Shown here: in pieces, positions 46,770 to 56,610 of the stretch | Layout: each line of letters starts with the position of its first letter | Numbering within the stretch: position 1 is the first letter of the stretch | Source of the DNA: Candidatus Bathyarchaeia archaeon | Lineage (GTDB): Archaea > Thermoproteota > Bathyarchaeia > Bathyarchaeales > Bathycorpusculaceae | Reading direction: 5' to 3' | Assembly: GCA_050010755.1 (NCBI GenBank) | Contig: JBEKKK010000001.1 | Coordinates: 96,001-160,000, forward strand | Length of the DNA stretch: 64,000 nt | The notes under the pieces: generated by a model | Seen by the model: only the letters and a program-made list of their open reading frames with translations | Told to the model about the DNA's origin: nothing | The model's database searches: none | Position numbers and translations under genes: made by a program

Positions 46770-48830
46770 ATGAAGGAGAAGAAAACTCTCGTTTCTTTGA
46801 GCGTTTTTCTAAGTCTGATTATTTTTTCTGCGAGCTGTGTGAATGCTGGAAAATCGTTGACGGATTCGAAGGTCTTCGCGATTGAACTGCCTGAAATCAA
46901 TCTGAATCAGACCGCGGATATGCGACTGATTTTTCTCGGTATCCCCTCAGGACAAATAGATCAAACAGCATTGTTTGATCAGGTTGCACAGAACTTCAGC
47001 CAGTTTACAGGCACTATGAGCGTCATCTGGAACCTTAATTACACATGCGATTTCTATCCGTTTCCTCAGAACATCACAGACTCATTGGTGGCCAATGCGT
47101 TCAGCTCCCAAGGAATCCTGTATTTTAACACTTCACTTCTAGATGAGCTGATGTTCAATGTTTCGGAATTTGCAATTCCAACGCATGGATACGAGCTGAC
47201 GTTTATGTCGATGTCCAACGCGCCTGATCACTCATGGTTCTACGTTCCAGAAAGCCCTGACCTCCTGCTGAACTTGACAACGATAACTCCCTCAGGAAAT
47301 TACACTGGCTCAACTTTTCCACCAAACTTCGGGGGAATACACAGATCAATCTACTATGACATGAGCACGTTGATGAATCAAAACCCTACCGGAACAAATG
47401 TGACGGACAAAGTCGCTGAGTTCATAAGCAACAGTCTAGCGCTCGTGTTTCCCACGTCAATGGGATCTCTGGATCCCTCATTTGCGGCTGCGGACTCCCA
47501 GACGTACAGCAACTATCAGGTGAAGATACTGTGGATTAACGGAACAGGAGAACAGCTTCCACTTGAAACCATACGAGAAGAGTTCGAGAGTCTAATGCCA
47601 TGGACGAACTGGACGGTGACGCTGCAAACGAGGCCTGCAGAGGAAGACCTGAACAACCTTGTCGAAAGTCTAACAGTTGACTTCCCGACACCTTCAAACT
47701 ACTCAAACATCTTTCCGAACGGAAGCAGCATCAATTTCGAGGCAAAGAGGGGCTTGACCTGGTTACCAGGTGGTGATGTCCAATTTGCAGAAAGCTACCC
47801 TTTGACCACCTACTTCAATAGCCGTCTCAACGACTATTTCGGCGTCACGGATCTGAATGATAAGTCCGTTATTCCTGTGGTGTTGCTGCAACTGGATAAT
47901 GACACAGAAATCGTTGGGGACGGATTAGGCGCAGGAACATCCTTGTTTCCGGACAACCTGATACTCACCGGCTTTGACGGCAGCTATTTCACAACCATGG
48001 GAGAGCTCGGCCCCTTGACTCTAGAGGAGTTACTGTTGCATGAGATCGGCCACTGGCTAAGTTTAACGCATGAATACTCGACTGGCCCTACGCAAGATCA
48101 AATAGGAATCATCGACCCAATGAGCAACATTGGCTTTGCAGTATTCGCGCCCAGTTTCTGTGCGTTCTGCAGGGATTCACGCGCGAGGATGAGCTTCATA
48201 TCGTATTATGACCAGACCGTTGAACTTCTGTCTCAGGACGAAACGATGGCTTCAGACTTGGAAGGTGAACTGAATGATTCGCTTCAGCTCTTCTACGATT
48301 GGAATTACTCTGCGGCGGTGGAGAATATCGCTTCTGTCTATTCCAGTCTTACGACTCCTCCCTCGATACTCGCCGTTTGGCAGACGCCCCTTGAAAGTAG
48401 TGTCTATCCTGAAAACGAAGTTCAGGTCTGGACAAATGTCACTGCCAACACCAGTGGATTGAAGAGTGTTATCCTGAACTACACGATCGACAACAGAACT
48501 TGGAACGAGGTCAACATGACGAACGTTGAGGGAATCACTTGGAATGGCGTTATCCCACCCTACCCGCTCGGAACAAACGTGACCTACGTTATCGTAGCCC
48601 AGAACGAGTTCAACAATGTGACAACTTCACAGACAATGGGCTTTCAATACGGGTACACAGTGACACCCGAGTTTCCATCTGTAATTCTGACGGGCATCAC
48701 GCTGACAACGCTTGCAGCCATAGTAGCTAACAAAAAAACGCGGCTCAAGCTGTCCATAAAACGGCAGCATGCGCGCTTTTGTTCACGGGTCTTGCCAAGA
48801 CGCGCACGGGTTACAAGGTGTGTCAGCTGA
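46770..48830 (+). CDS. Secreted zinc metallopeptidase with PEF-CTERM-like sorting signal
   Basis: Signal peptide, many NxS/T sequons, HEIGHWLSLTH, Met-turn-like DPMS, Ig-like C-terminal domain, then TPEFPS + TM helix + basic residues. Confidence 0.78.
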   Translation: MKEKKTLVSLSVFLSLIIFSASCVNAGKSLTDSKVFAIELPEINLNQTADMRLIFLGIPSGQIDQTALFDQVAQNFSQFTGTMSVIWNLNYTCDFYPFPQNITDSLVANAFSSQGILYFNTSLLDELMFNVSEFAIPTHGYELTFMSMSNAPDHSWFYVPESPDLLLNLTTITPSGNYTGSTFPPNFGGIHRSIYYDMSTLMNQNPTGTNVTDKVAEFISNSLALVFPTSMGSLDPSFAAADSQTYSNYQVKILWINGTGEQLPLETIREEFESLMPWTNWTVTLQTRPAEEDLNNLVESLTVDFPTPSNYSNIFPNGSSINFEAKRGLTWLPGGDVQFAESYPLTTYFNSRLNDYFGVTDLNDKSVIPVVLLQLDNDTEIVGDGLGAGTSLFPDNLILTGFDGSYFTTMGELGPLTLEELLLHEIGHWLSLTHEYSTGPTQDQIGIIDPMSNIGFAVFAPSFCAFCRDSRARMSFISYYDQTVELLSQDETMASDLEGELNDSLQLFYDWNYSAAVENIASVYSSLTTPPSILAVWQTPLESSVYPENEVQVWTNVTANTSGLKSVILNYTIDNRTWNEVNMTNVEGITWNGVIPPYPLGTNVTYVIVAQNEFNNVTTSQTMGFQYGYTVTPEFPSVILTGITLTTLAAIVANKKTRLKLSIKRQHARFCSRVLPRRARVTRCVS

Positions 48831-49386
48831 GAAACTCGGAGACTTCATCAAGGGACTTTCTGGATTTCGGCTGCGGAGTCTCTGCAGGCCAGCCGAGGGT
48901 TATTGCGGCCACTAGTTTCCACGTTTTGTGGAGATGTTTGGTGAGTGCTTGCGATGCGTAGTAGATGTCGCATATCCATAGTGAGCCCAAGCCCTTGTCG
49001 TAGGCTTTTAGCAGCATGTTTTCTGTGGCTGCTGCTACGCTCTGCAACGAAGACTCGCTCATCTGCGTCACCTCGTTAGAATCCCAGACAAAGACAAGGA
49101 CTGGTGCCTCTTCCATTATGCGGCAGGAGTTGAATGATGATCCCATCCTAGCGATGCCTATCCTTGTCGATAATTTTTCGAGTTCGTTACGGAAGAGTGT
49201 GGTCAACTCTTTCTTGGATGAGCCGGTGAGCACTGTGAATCGCCATTGTTGACCGTTCTTGGCTGATGGTGCCCATGTTCCTGCTTCCAGTACTTCGCGG
49301 ATAGCCTGCATGGGAACAGGTTTTTCAGTATACTTGCGCACGCTCCGCCTTCCCTTTATAGCCTCGTCGACATCCATGGAGACCAA
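48823..49386 (-). CDS. Nitroreductase-family protein
   Basis: RRSVRKY, APSAKNGQ.W, NMLL.A...GLGSLW, R K C-terminus. Confidence 0.9.
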   Translation of the reverse strand: MVSMDVDEAIKGRRSVRKYTEKPVPMQAIREVLEAGTWAPSAKNGQQWRFTVLTGSSKKELTTLFRNELEKLSTRIGIARMGSSFNSCRIMEEAPVLVFVWDSNEVTQMSESSLQSVAAATENMLLKAYDKGLGSLWICDIYYASQALTKHLHKTWKLVAAITLGWPAETPQPKSRKSLDEVSEFLS

Positions 49387-49413
49387 CCTCAGGTTACTTG
49401 AGTTTTAGGCTTC

Positions 49414-50268
49414 TTAAGAATTCTGGTCTGCCAGTGAGGACGTTGGTCGGCGTTTCTGTTTGGTTTTTTTGTTTGTGATGTTGAACCCGCGTTTTTCAAG
49501 CTGGTTCAGCAGTTCTTTCGGGTTGGGGTACCATTGTCCCCATTTTCGGCATATGTGTTCTGTCCAGCTGTAGTTGTCATAGGTGAAAGCTTCTTTTCTC
49601 TTGCCTTCCAAGGGTATCTTTGCTTTTGCTTTGCAGTAATAGTCCTGGGCCAGGTAGCCGTCGTCCATTTGTTTCATCGCTTTCGTGACCATCTTTGTGT
49701 TCAGCTCTGGGTATTTGTCTTCGAAGAGTGTGAATTCCATTGGGTATCTGGGTCGGGCAGGCGGGTCTTCTGCGGGGTAGCCGATGGTCAACTGTACGAG
49801 TGGAAAAACTCTTTCGGGCAATTGATATTCTTCTGCGATTTTGTCCGCTCGGAACATTGCGGAGCCGAGGAAGCAGCTTCCAAGGCCTAGGCTTCGTGCA
49901 GCGGTGACCATGTTCTCGGCCATGTAGGCGGCGTCTTGAATTCCGAAAAACAGCAGGGTCAGGTCGTTCGTGACGAGCTCCCAACCTCTTCTTGCCATTA
50001 TCTGCTCAAACTTGTGAGAGTCAACGCAAATCGTGAACAACAGCGGGGCCTTGAAGGGGTTTCGCTTTCTGTTTCTCGAAAGCAGGACACTGTAGAACTG
50101 CGATGCGAAGGGAGCTTGCTGACCTGCTCTCACGATAGTCTCAACCGTCTTGTCCGTGGGAGTCTGCTCAGTGTATTTTCTAATCGATTTGTGATCAAGC
50201 ATTGTTTGAATGACTGGATTATTTTTCATTGAAAGATCTCTCCCTGATTCCAAATGTCTCATTGACAC
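49414..50268 (-). CDS. Nitroreductase-family (NfsA-like) flavin oxidoreductase
   Basis: HKSIRKY, DA...AENM..AA.SLGLGSC.LG, GYP.E.P..RPR.P; likely start 50229. Confidence 0.88.
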   Translation of the reverse strand: MSMRHLESGRDLSMKNNPVIQTMLDHKSIRKYTEQTPTDKTVETIVRAGQQAPFASQFYSVLLSRNRKRNPFKAPLLFTICVDSHKFEQIMARRGWELVTNDLTLLFFGIQDAAYMAENMVTAARSLGLGSCFLGSAMFRADKIAEEYQLPERVFPLVQLTIGYPAEDPPARPRYPMEFTLFEDKYPELNTKMVTKAMKQMDDGYLAQDYYCKAKAKIPLEGKRKEAFTYDNYSWTEHICRKWGQWYPNPKELLNQLEKRGFNITNKKTKQKRRPTSSLADQNS

Positions 50269-50349
50269 GTCAATAAGTATGGTTTAGCTGCCGTTAAGTA
50301 ATTTATCGTCGGCGAGAAAAGACAAATCGCATGCTGGCTGAGCGTCTTT

Positions 50350-51315
50350 TCATGTTTCGGTCAGGCTTAGGTTGAACTTTCGGGACAGATTGTCCAGATC
50401 GTTGAGCACGTAGATGAACACGTAGCCTCTCCATTTTCCCCATCGTTCCTCCGCTATCTTCTTGAGCTTCGGAATCAGGTCGCGTGGAGATTCTGCCTTT
50501 TCTCCTAGAAGAAGCGTGTTGAAGATTTTTGCGCTCCAGACGTCCAGGGCGAACCCAGAATGGGGCAACACGATGTCTGCCGAGTACTCTCCTATCCCGT
50601 GCAGTTGCATGAGCTTAGCTTTGGCCTCTTGAGGCGACATTTCTTCAAGCTCTTGAAACGAGGGAAACCCTACTCGCAGTGTTTCCGCTATATCCTTGAG
50701 AAATTTCGCCCTGTAACCAAGCTTACACTTCTTTTCAAGTTCTCCAACGGCAACATCCGCTATCTTCTCGGCAGAGGGCCAGTACGTGATATGTTTTCCG
50801 TCGAAGCTGACTGAGTCGCCATACTCCTTTATCAGCGAATTCATCATCTGATCGCTTCTCGTTATCGGAGCCATCTGCAGGGTAACTGCTAATATGAGGC
50901 GTGAGAAAAGGTCGGGCTGCCTTGTATTTCTCATTCCGTGCAAGTCTTTTGTCAAAGTCTTGACGAGTGGGTCTCGTCTAGCAAGCGAGTAGAAAGCTCT
51001 GATGTCTTCTCTGAGATTCAGTATCCACGTCAAGGTTTCCAGCATCGCTTTTTTCTCGCTCGTCCCGAGCTTTTGGCGAGAATATATTTGACAGGATATT
51101 CTTGGTGTCTCAATCGTTCCCATGGATTTCAGCTTGAGTCCGAAAAGTTCACCAGAAAATGCTCTCATGACAGTCCACAGAGTGCCGTTTTCGAACACTT
51201 CAAAGGGTGTCGACATTGGCCATCCAGCGGGTTTGTGGACGGATAAGTCAAAATCGTATGGCGAAGTTGCCTCAAGTCTTAAGGTCGAGGAACAAGTCAG
51301 ATTGGTGAGACCCAT
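50350..51315 (-). CDS. HhH-GPD DNA glycosylase (AlkA/Ogg-like)
   Basis: PYDF N-terminus, WPS.E.I, LGYRAK, L..L.GIGEYSA helix-hairpin-helix, DVW, WG.WRG. Confidence 0.85.
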   Translation of the reverse strand: MGLTNLTCSSTLRLEATSPYDFDLSVHKPAGWPMSTPFEVFENGTLWTVMRAFSGELFGLKLKSMGTIETPRISCQIYSRQKLGTSEKKAMLETLTWILNLREDIRAFYSLARRDPLVKTLTKDLHGMRNTRQPDLFSRLILAVTLQMAPITRSDQMMNSLIKEYGDSVSFDGKHITYWPSAEKIADVAVGELEKKCKLGYRAKFLKDIAETLRVGFPSFQELEEMSPQEAKAKLMQLHGIGEYSADIVLPHSGFALDVWSAKIFNTLLLGEKAESPRDLIPKLKKIAEERWGKWRGYVFIYVLNDLDNLSRKFNLSLTET

Positions 51316-51369
51316 TCATCCCATCGCTTTTCTTGGTCAGTCCTAGCAGGGCGGCTTCCAAGCTGAAAA

Positions 51370-52116
51370 TCAGTGTATCCTTTTTTGAACGGCTCTCCAT
51401 GAATTTGTGATGAGGAAGCTTTCGTTCATGTTGTCGACCATCTTCACAAACTTTGTCATGGGCACTGAAAATGTGAGAGTCTCTGCGGGAACGAAGGGGC
51501 GGGCTGAAACGTCGAACATGCCGATTACGGCTCTTGGGCGGTTGGAGTTTTTCTCGAGGTATGGGTACTGTACAATTGAGGAACAGCCCGACCCGAATGG
51601 GGTAAAGATAGGATCCGGTTCAGCCTCGTCGTAGCTTGCTAAGGTGAAAAGGCCTGAGAGGACGTCGGGCGGGGCGAAGAAGATGACCACGTCTGGTTCG
51701 TCGGACGCTTCTAGCAGATCCCACCTTTTGAACACGATGAACTTGGCTGGAGCCCTGAAGGAGGGCGCGAGCTTAATCGATTGCGTAACGAGCTGAGGCG
51801 TTTTCTTGTAACGTTCGCCTTCGATTTTTCCGGGAATTCCACAGGAGAGGAAATACTCGAAGTCAGGTCTGACTTTTTCGCGAAATCCTAGGTATCTCTT
51901 CCCGCCGAAGCAGCCAACAGATTCGACGTTGAAGCAGAGGGCTCTTCCTTTTCTCACTAGCGATAGCGCTTCGATGACGCATCTTGGAACTGAGCCAGGT
52001 TTCGCGAGTTCTGCATGCCCTTCCTCGTCCGTGTAATAGAAGACGATTGGGAGTTCTGCATCGTTAAAATATTTTTTCCAGAGACCGATGAAACCTTCCT
52101 TGAGCTTGATGTCCAT
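51370..52116 (-). CDS. DUF169-family protein
   Basis: C.GG..YLG, FLSCG, GERYKK, PDVVIFF..PD.LS.L, GSGC, G.FD.SAR. Confidence 0.82.
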   Translation of the reverse strand: MDIKLKEGFIGLWKKYFNDAELPIVFYYTDEEGHAELAKPGSVPRCVIEALSLVRKGRALCFNVESVGCFGGKRYLGFREKVRPDFEYFLSCGIPGKIEGERYKKTPQLVTQSIKLAPSFRAPAKFIVFKRWDLLEASDEPDVVIFFAPPDVLSGLFTLASYDEAEPDPIFTPFGSGCSSIVQYPYLEKNSNRPRAVIGMFDVSARPFVPAETLTFSVPMTKFVKMVDNMNESFLITNSWRAVQKRIH

Positions 52117-52136
52117 AAGCTTATCGCCGCTTGCTG

Positions 52137-53057
52137 TTATTTATGTCGTCTGCCGACTTGGTTGGGCTTTTTCAGATTTTTGCGCAGGATTTTTCTCACA
52201 TTGTCTACGTGAAAGCCCAGACTGCGAAGCAGAGTTTGTGAGGGAATGTTCAGTTCTGATGTTCCAAGCCTGACCGAGTCCATTCCTTTTTCGAACAGGA
52301 GGTTCATGCCCTGCGCCGTGAGTGCTCTGGCTAGATGCCTGCTCCGAAACTCTGGGAGCGTTGCCGCAGGGCCGAGAGCGCCGCGTCTGAGATGGAGATA
52401 CTTGTTGGATTCTGTGTCGGGTCTCGCCACGACGGCGGACACGATCCTTCCCCCGATCTCTGCGACTTGAACCCAATCTTCGGTGAACGGTGGATCCTCA
52501 GTTCTCCAATTTTCAAGAGCTCCGAGTTCGAGTCTTCTCCAGCCGAAGCCGGTGTTCATCACTTCGACCAATTTTTCTTCTTCTGAAAGCTTCAAACTTC
52601 GAAGCTTGGTGTCTTCGGCCACTCTCGGTATTTCTTTCAGATGGTCGAGTTTGGCGGACATCCTTAGCCAGCCAGGATTCAATGAATAGCCTCTTTCAAT
52701 CCAATCATTTATTCTCGGGCTTCCCTCCTCAACCCCCGCTGACACGGATTCGCCCCTGGCTTTTTTCTCAACTGTGTCTACGAGCAGGTCTTCAATGCTT
52801 CGTTGATCGGATCCTTCTCGAGCGGCGAGCCAAGAGATGTCCACTTCATCGTGCTCCTCAAGATGAGTCCCGATGAGTCCTGCCGCGTCGCCCTTTTCTT
52901 CTGCCACAAGAACGCTCATGTTTCGTCTTCGAATTTGATATCTGATTCTCTCCTCGTCGAACGGGATGAACTCGAATGAATCCCGGTATTCTTTGTTCAG
53001 CAAGTCGGCAAAGGCTTTGAAGTGCCTGTCGGCTAATTCCGAAATCTGAATGGTCAT
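52137..53057 (-). CDS. Tandem-domain GNAT N-acetyltransferase
   Basis: Two GNAT-like halves; T.PEFR.R.LA.AL and N.P...L..SLGF in the C-terminal half. Confidence 0.82.
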   Translation of the reverse strand: MTIQISELADRHFKAFADLLNKEYRDSFEFIPFDEERIRYQIRRRNMSVLVAEEKGDAAGLIGTHLEEHDEVDISWLAAREGSDQRSIEDLLVDTVEKKARGESVSAGVEEGSPRINDWIERGYSLNPGWLRMSAKLDHLKEIPRVAEDTKLRSLKLSEEEKLVEVMNTGFGWRRLELGALENWRTEDPPFTEDWVQVAEIGGRIVSAVVARPDTESNKYLHLRRGALGPAATLPEFRSRHLARALTAQGMNLLFEKGMDSVRLGTSELNIPSQTLLRSLGFHVDNVRKILRKNLKKPNQVGRRHK

Positions 53058-53219
53058 TTCGCCAACTGCAAAAGCCCAAATCAGTTATAAAGTTTTAGCT
53101 TGGCAAACAAAGCGATATCGGCAAATGGCAACGCATAGAACAAACACAAATTTGTTCTATAACTAAATACTAGAACTAAATAACACGCACGGGCCAAAGA
53201 AAGCGCCAGGTATACTGTT

Positions 53220-54149
53220 TCAGACTATGAATAGAATTGCAACTCCGATAACAGCTACAACGGCGCCTATTATGCCGCGCCAGTTAGTTTTTTCTCTGTA
53301 GACTATCCATATAACGGGAATGATGAAGATAGGCATGAGGGACATTAGTGTTTGAGCGATTCCTGCGTTTTGGGTGTCAGCGAGGGCGACCATGGAGAGC
53401 GTCATGCCCAGGAACGGCCCGACCACTGCACCGGCCGCGGTATATTTGATTCCTTCCTTGTCTTTTGCGGCTTGCCGTACCGCCGGTAGTTTTCTTGCGA
53501 AGATAGCGACCACCCATATGAAAGCGCCGGCGAACAGCATCCGTATCAAAGCAGTGGAAACTGGGTTTACCGCCACGGTCGTGTTGAAGTACATTCCCTT
53601 TTTTGAAAGAACCGCTCCAATTCCTTGGCCCGTTGCCGAAATCAGACCGAACAGCACTCCCCAGGCCTTTCGATTCTTGGCAACGGACTTCATTTCTGAT
53701 TCTTCTTCCTCCTCCGCTATCACCACGATGATGCCCAGCAACGTGAGCGCTATTCCGAGGGAGGCCAACGGCGAGATGGTCTCTCCCAGCATGAAATAGG
53801 CGCCAAACAGCGTGAATATTGGGGCCGAAGCTTGAATCAGGACGGTGCGTCGCGGGCCGATTGTGACGTACGCCGCAAACAAGCCGGAATCGCCGATGCC
53901 GAGCCCGACTATTCCGCTCAGACCGATCCAGAACCATTGCCCGCCGCTTGCGAGAGGCAACAAGGTGCCCAGTAAGACGACTTGCGCAACGAATAGAAGC
54001 CCGATGGCCATCATCGTCCGGTACACGTTGACGCTGAAAGAGCCGAACCTTTTGCCGGCCGACGTGAAAAATAAGCAACTGGCAGTCCAGAGACACGAAG
54101 TGAGAATTGCAGCAGAGTCTCCCATCAGATCCGAGTTCAAATTCCTCAC
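53220..54149 (-). CDS. DMT/EamA-family transporter
   Basis: ~10 TM helices in two repeats, SG.VGL.IGD, IGP.R, GE, E K near C-terminus. Confidence 0.88.
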   Translation of the reverse strand: MRNLNSDLMGDSAAILTSCLWTASCLFFTSAGKRFGSFSVNVYRTMMAIGLLFVAQVVLLGTLLPLASGGQWFWIGLSGIVGLGIGDSGLFAAYVTIGPRRTVLIQASAPIFTLFGAYFMLGETISPLASLGIALTLLGIIVVIAEEEEESEMKSVAKNRKAWGVLFGLISATGQGIGAVLSKKGMYFNTTVAVNPVSTALIRMLFAGAFIWVVAIFARKLPAVRQAAKDKEGIKYTAAGAVVGPFLGMTLSMVALADTQNAGIAQTLMSLMPIFIIPVIWIVYREKTNWRGIIGAVVAVIGVAILFIV

Positions 54150-54347
54150 TGTTAGACTAAACCAACACGTTTCTTATGACCTTAAACCTTTCTTGCCCTT
54201 GATAGAGTTCAGAATGGCGCAGGCACAACACTATCCGTTCAGTATATGGTGCGTTTAACAAGCGGTGCCGGTGATATGTAAAAGAAAGCGGGTGTTTTGT
54301 AGACTACTAGTTCTTCAAAGTAGAAGCTGCTACGGGTCTGGCCATGT

Positions 54348-55613
54348 CTAGTTGGCAGCGTGTGTGTACTTGTTGACGAGGTCTTTTTTGTTGACGGCGT
54401 TGAGTTGTTTGAAGAGGAATTCGAATTTGTTTTCGACTTCTGCTGCTATGGCGTCGCGGGTTTTTTGCGGTAGGTTCATTATGTCTTTCTTGAATGGGCC
54501 TAGCGCTTTTTTTCTGGTTTTATATAGGAATTGTTCTTCTGTTTCGCCCTGTTTGGCTTCGTTTACGGCGTTGATTTTTAGCCATTCGTAGATTCTCTTT
54601 TTCAGGTCTGCGGGTAGGTGTTTTGATTCGTAAATCATGTTCTGAAACTCTGTTGCCAGGTGCACTTCTGCGGTTTCGCATTCGACGAATTTGTGGAATG
54701 CTTGAGGAGGCAGTGTTGATGCGCCGTGTTGCACGGCTCCGGCCAGTCTGTATTTTTGGCGGGCGAGGTCTGAGAGGGTTTTTAGGGTGTTGAAGTCGAG
54801 GTTTACCTGTGCTACTGAGCCGTCTGGAAGGACGACGCCTCCGTGAGTGGTTCCGGTCTGGACTGAGATTTTGCTTATTCCGGCCGATGGTTTGGGCAGC
54901 TTGTTTTCGAGGCCGGACATGAACGCGTTCAGGTCTTCGGGCGTTGAGTTTTGGTGTCCGATTTCACCTATTTCTCCGCCGACTGAAACGGTGATGCCTT
55001 TGGGTTGGATGTGGCGGATGTACTGTGTGAGTCTTGCGCAGACTTCGTAGTTCAGTTGCTGTTGTGTTTTCAGGTCGGGTTTGGAGAGGTCGACGAGTGT
55101 GGAGGAGTCGATGTCGATGTTGTAGAAGCTTGAGCCGATTGCGTCTGCAATGAGCGCCTGTAGGCTTTCCATTTCTTTGTTAGGGTTTTCTTTGAATTTG
55201 GCGGCGTTGGCTTGGAAGTGATCGCCCTGGATGAACAAAGGGCCTGAATAATTCTCTCTTATGGCCGCAGCCAGGACGGCGCTCGAGTATTCTATCGGTT
55301 GTTGACCTGTGTAGCCTATCTCTGACCTGGCAATTTCGAAGATGAACGCGCCTGAGTTGTTCTTCTCGGCCACTCTGAATATGGCACGAGCCAGGTCGTA
55401 GGTCATGCTTCGAAGGTTTATCGCGGGAACCGTGAAACCTTTGAATTCGCCCCTGCCGCGGGCCATGTAGAAATCAAAGATGCTCGCCGAGTAGATTCCC
55501 CGGCTGTGGGCAACGTCAAGAATGGCCTCGGCCAACTGTTTCTTCTTCGTCGGATCGTCGGTCATGACCAATTCCGTTATTGCTTTATCGATATCAAACG
55601 ATTTTTTTCCCAT
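54348..55613 (-). CDS. Class II fructose-bisphosphate aldolase family protein
   Basis: FTVPAIN, IQGDH, DIDSS, GGEIGEIG, GTTHGG, QHGAS, E.HLATE metal-dependent aldolase motifs. Confidence 0.87.
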   Translation of the reverse strand: MGKKSFDIDKAITELVMTDDPTKKKQLAEAILDVAHSRGIYSASIFDFYMARGRGEFKGFTVPAINLRSMTYDLARAIFRVAEKNNSGAFIFEIARSEIGYTGQQPIEYSSAVLAAAIRENYSGPLFIQGDHFQANAAKFKENPNKEMESLQALIADAIGSSFYNIDIDSSTLVDLSKPDLKTQQQLNYEVCARLTQYIRHIQPKGITVSVGGEIGEIGHQNSTPEDLNAFMSGLENKLPKPSAGISKISVQTGTTHGGVVLPDGSVAQVNLDFNTLKTLSDLARQKYRLAGAVQHGASTLPPQAFHKFVECETAEVHLATEFQNMIYESKHLPADLKKRIYEWLKINAVNEAKQGETEEQFLYKTRKKALGPFKKDIMNLPQKTRDAIAAEVENKFEFLFKQLNAVNKKDLVNKYTHAAN

Positions 55614-56038
55614 AGTGTTCGCGCTTCCTCAAATCAGTATTCGATCTTCTAGGCTCGAATTCTTCTCTTTGAATATTAAATTAGTGGTTGTTTAGGGTAC
55701 AGCGCACGGACTTCGCAAGCAAGGACTCAGTTCACATGTTTCCAGTGGGGCTTCCCTCGTGGGCTACTGGTGTCCTTGAAATTTTTCTGGGCGAGGTGAC
55801 TTGACACTCTGCCTGGATAAATTCGGGAGATTCTTCCATGAGCTCATTAATCGAGTTTAACCTCTCGGTGTGGAAGTTTGGGCGATATCAAAATGGCCTG
55901 TCTATCAACTAAATTAACATTTAGTACGCCGCCCAATTTCATATTCGTAGCGCGGCTCGAAATATGGAGTGGAAGTTGTTAGTCATCTTACAAAATAAAG
56001 ATTGATACGTGATTTATTCGGCGCGTCCGTGGAGAGTG

Positions 56039-56422
56039 TCAAAAGTGTAGCCAGCCTCTGCCTCCCTTCTTCAGCTGCCTCGAATTATCCACTTCAGGCT
56101 TGGGCAGGCTGTTCAGTCGCTTGTAGGCGTTCGCCCTAGCGAACCTTCTCCATCCGCCTGTGTGTGGATTCGCTTGAACGAAGCGGTCCACATTCAGGAT
56201 TCTATGCTGCTCCAAGATTTCCTTCAGCGTTAAGAATTTGAAACTTCGAGTGGCCAAAACAACCGTGCCACGCTCAATGAACAACTTTTCATAATTCTGC
56301 CCAGCTATGCCTTCTGCTCTAAATCGATCATCAATTCGTTCCCTCCACATGCGCCGCCACTGGCCACATATCTCCTCTGTGAGACTGTCCGAACTGGAGG
56401 TGGAACTCTTCGCGTCCGCCAA
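56039..56422 (-). CDS. Hypothetical basic protein
   Basis: 127-aa ORF behind GGGGAG SD, Trp/Arg rich; no recognised domain. Confidence 0.6.
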   Translation of the reverse strand: MADAKSSTSSSDSLTEEICGQWRRMWRERIDDRFRAEGIAGQNYEKLFIERGTVVLATRSFKFLTLKEILEQHRILNVDRFVQANPHTGGWRRFARANAYKRLNSLPKPEVDNSRQLKKGGRGWLHF

Positions 56423-56610
56423 AACTCATCTCTCCCCAACAAATGTGGAAACGAAACAATAGTAGGTTGTCACGACCGACCCGCTCTCCTCTGTCCATCC
56501 TATGGGAAAGTTAGAGCGAAACCATTGTATTTAAACAGTAGCATATCGTGAATCTAGAATATTGTTCTATGCGAATGGTTTGTTCTGTTCGCTGGAAAAT
56601 CGTGCGTTAG

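Noticed and set aside
55735-56460. ORB-like strings (TTTCCAGTGGGG, GTGGAAACGAAAC) suggesting a replication origin
   Set aside because: Only partial matches, no paired inverted full ORBs around an AT-rich unwinding element, no cdc6/orc1 in the window
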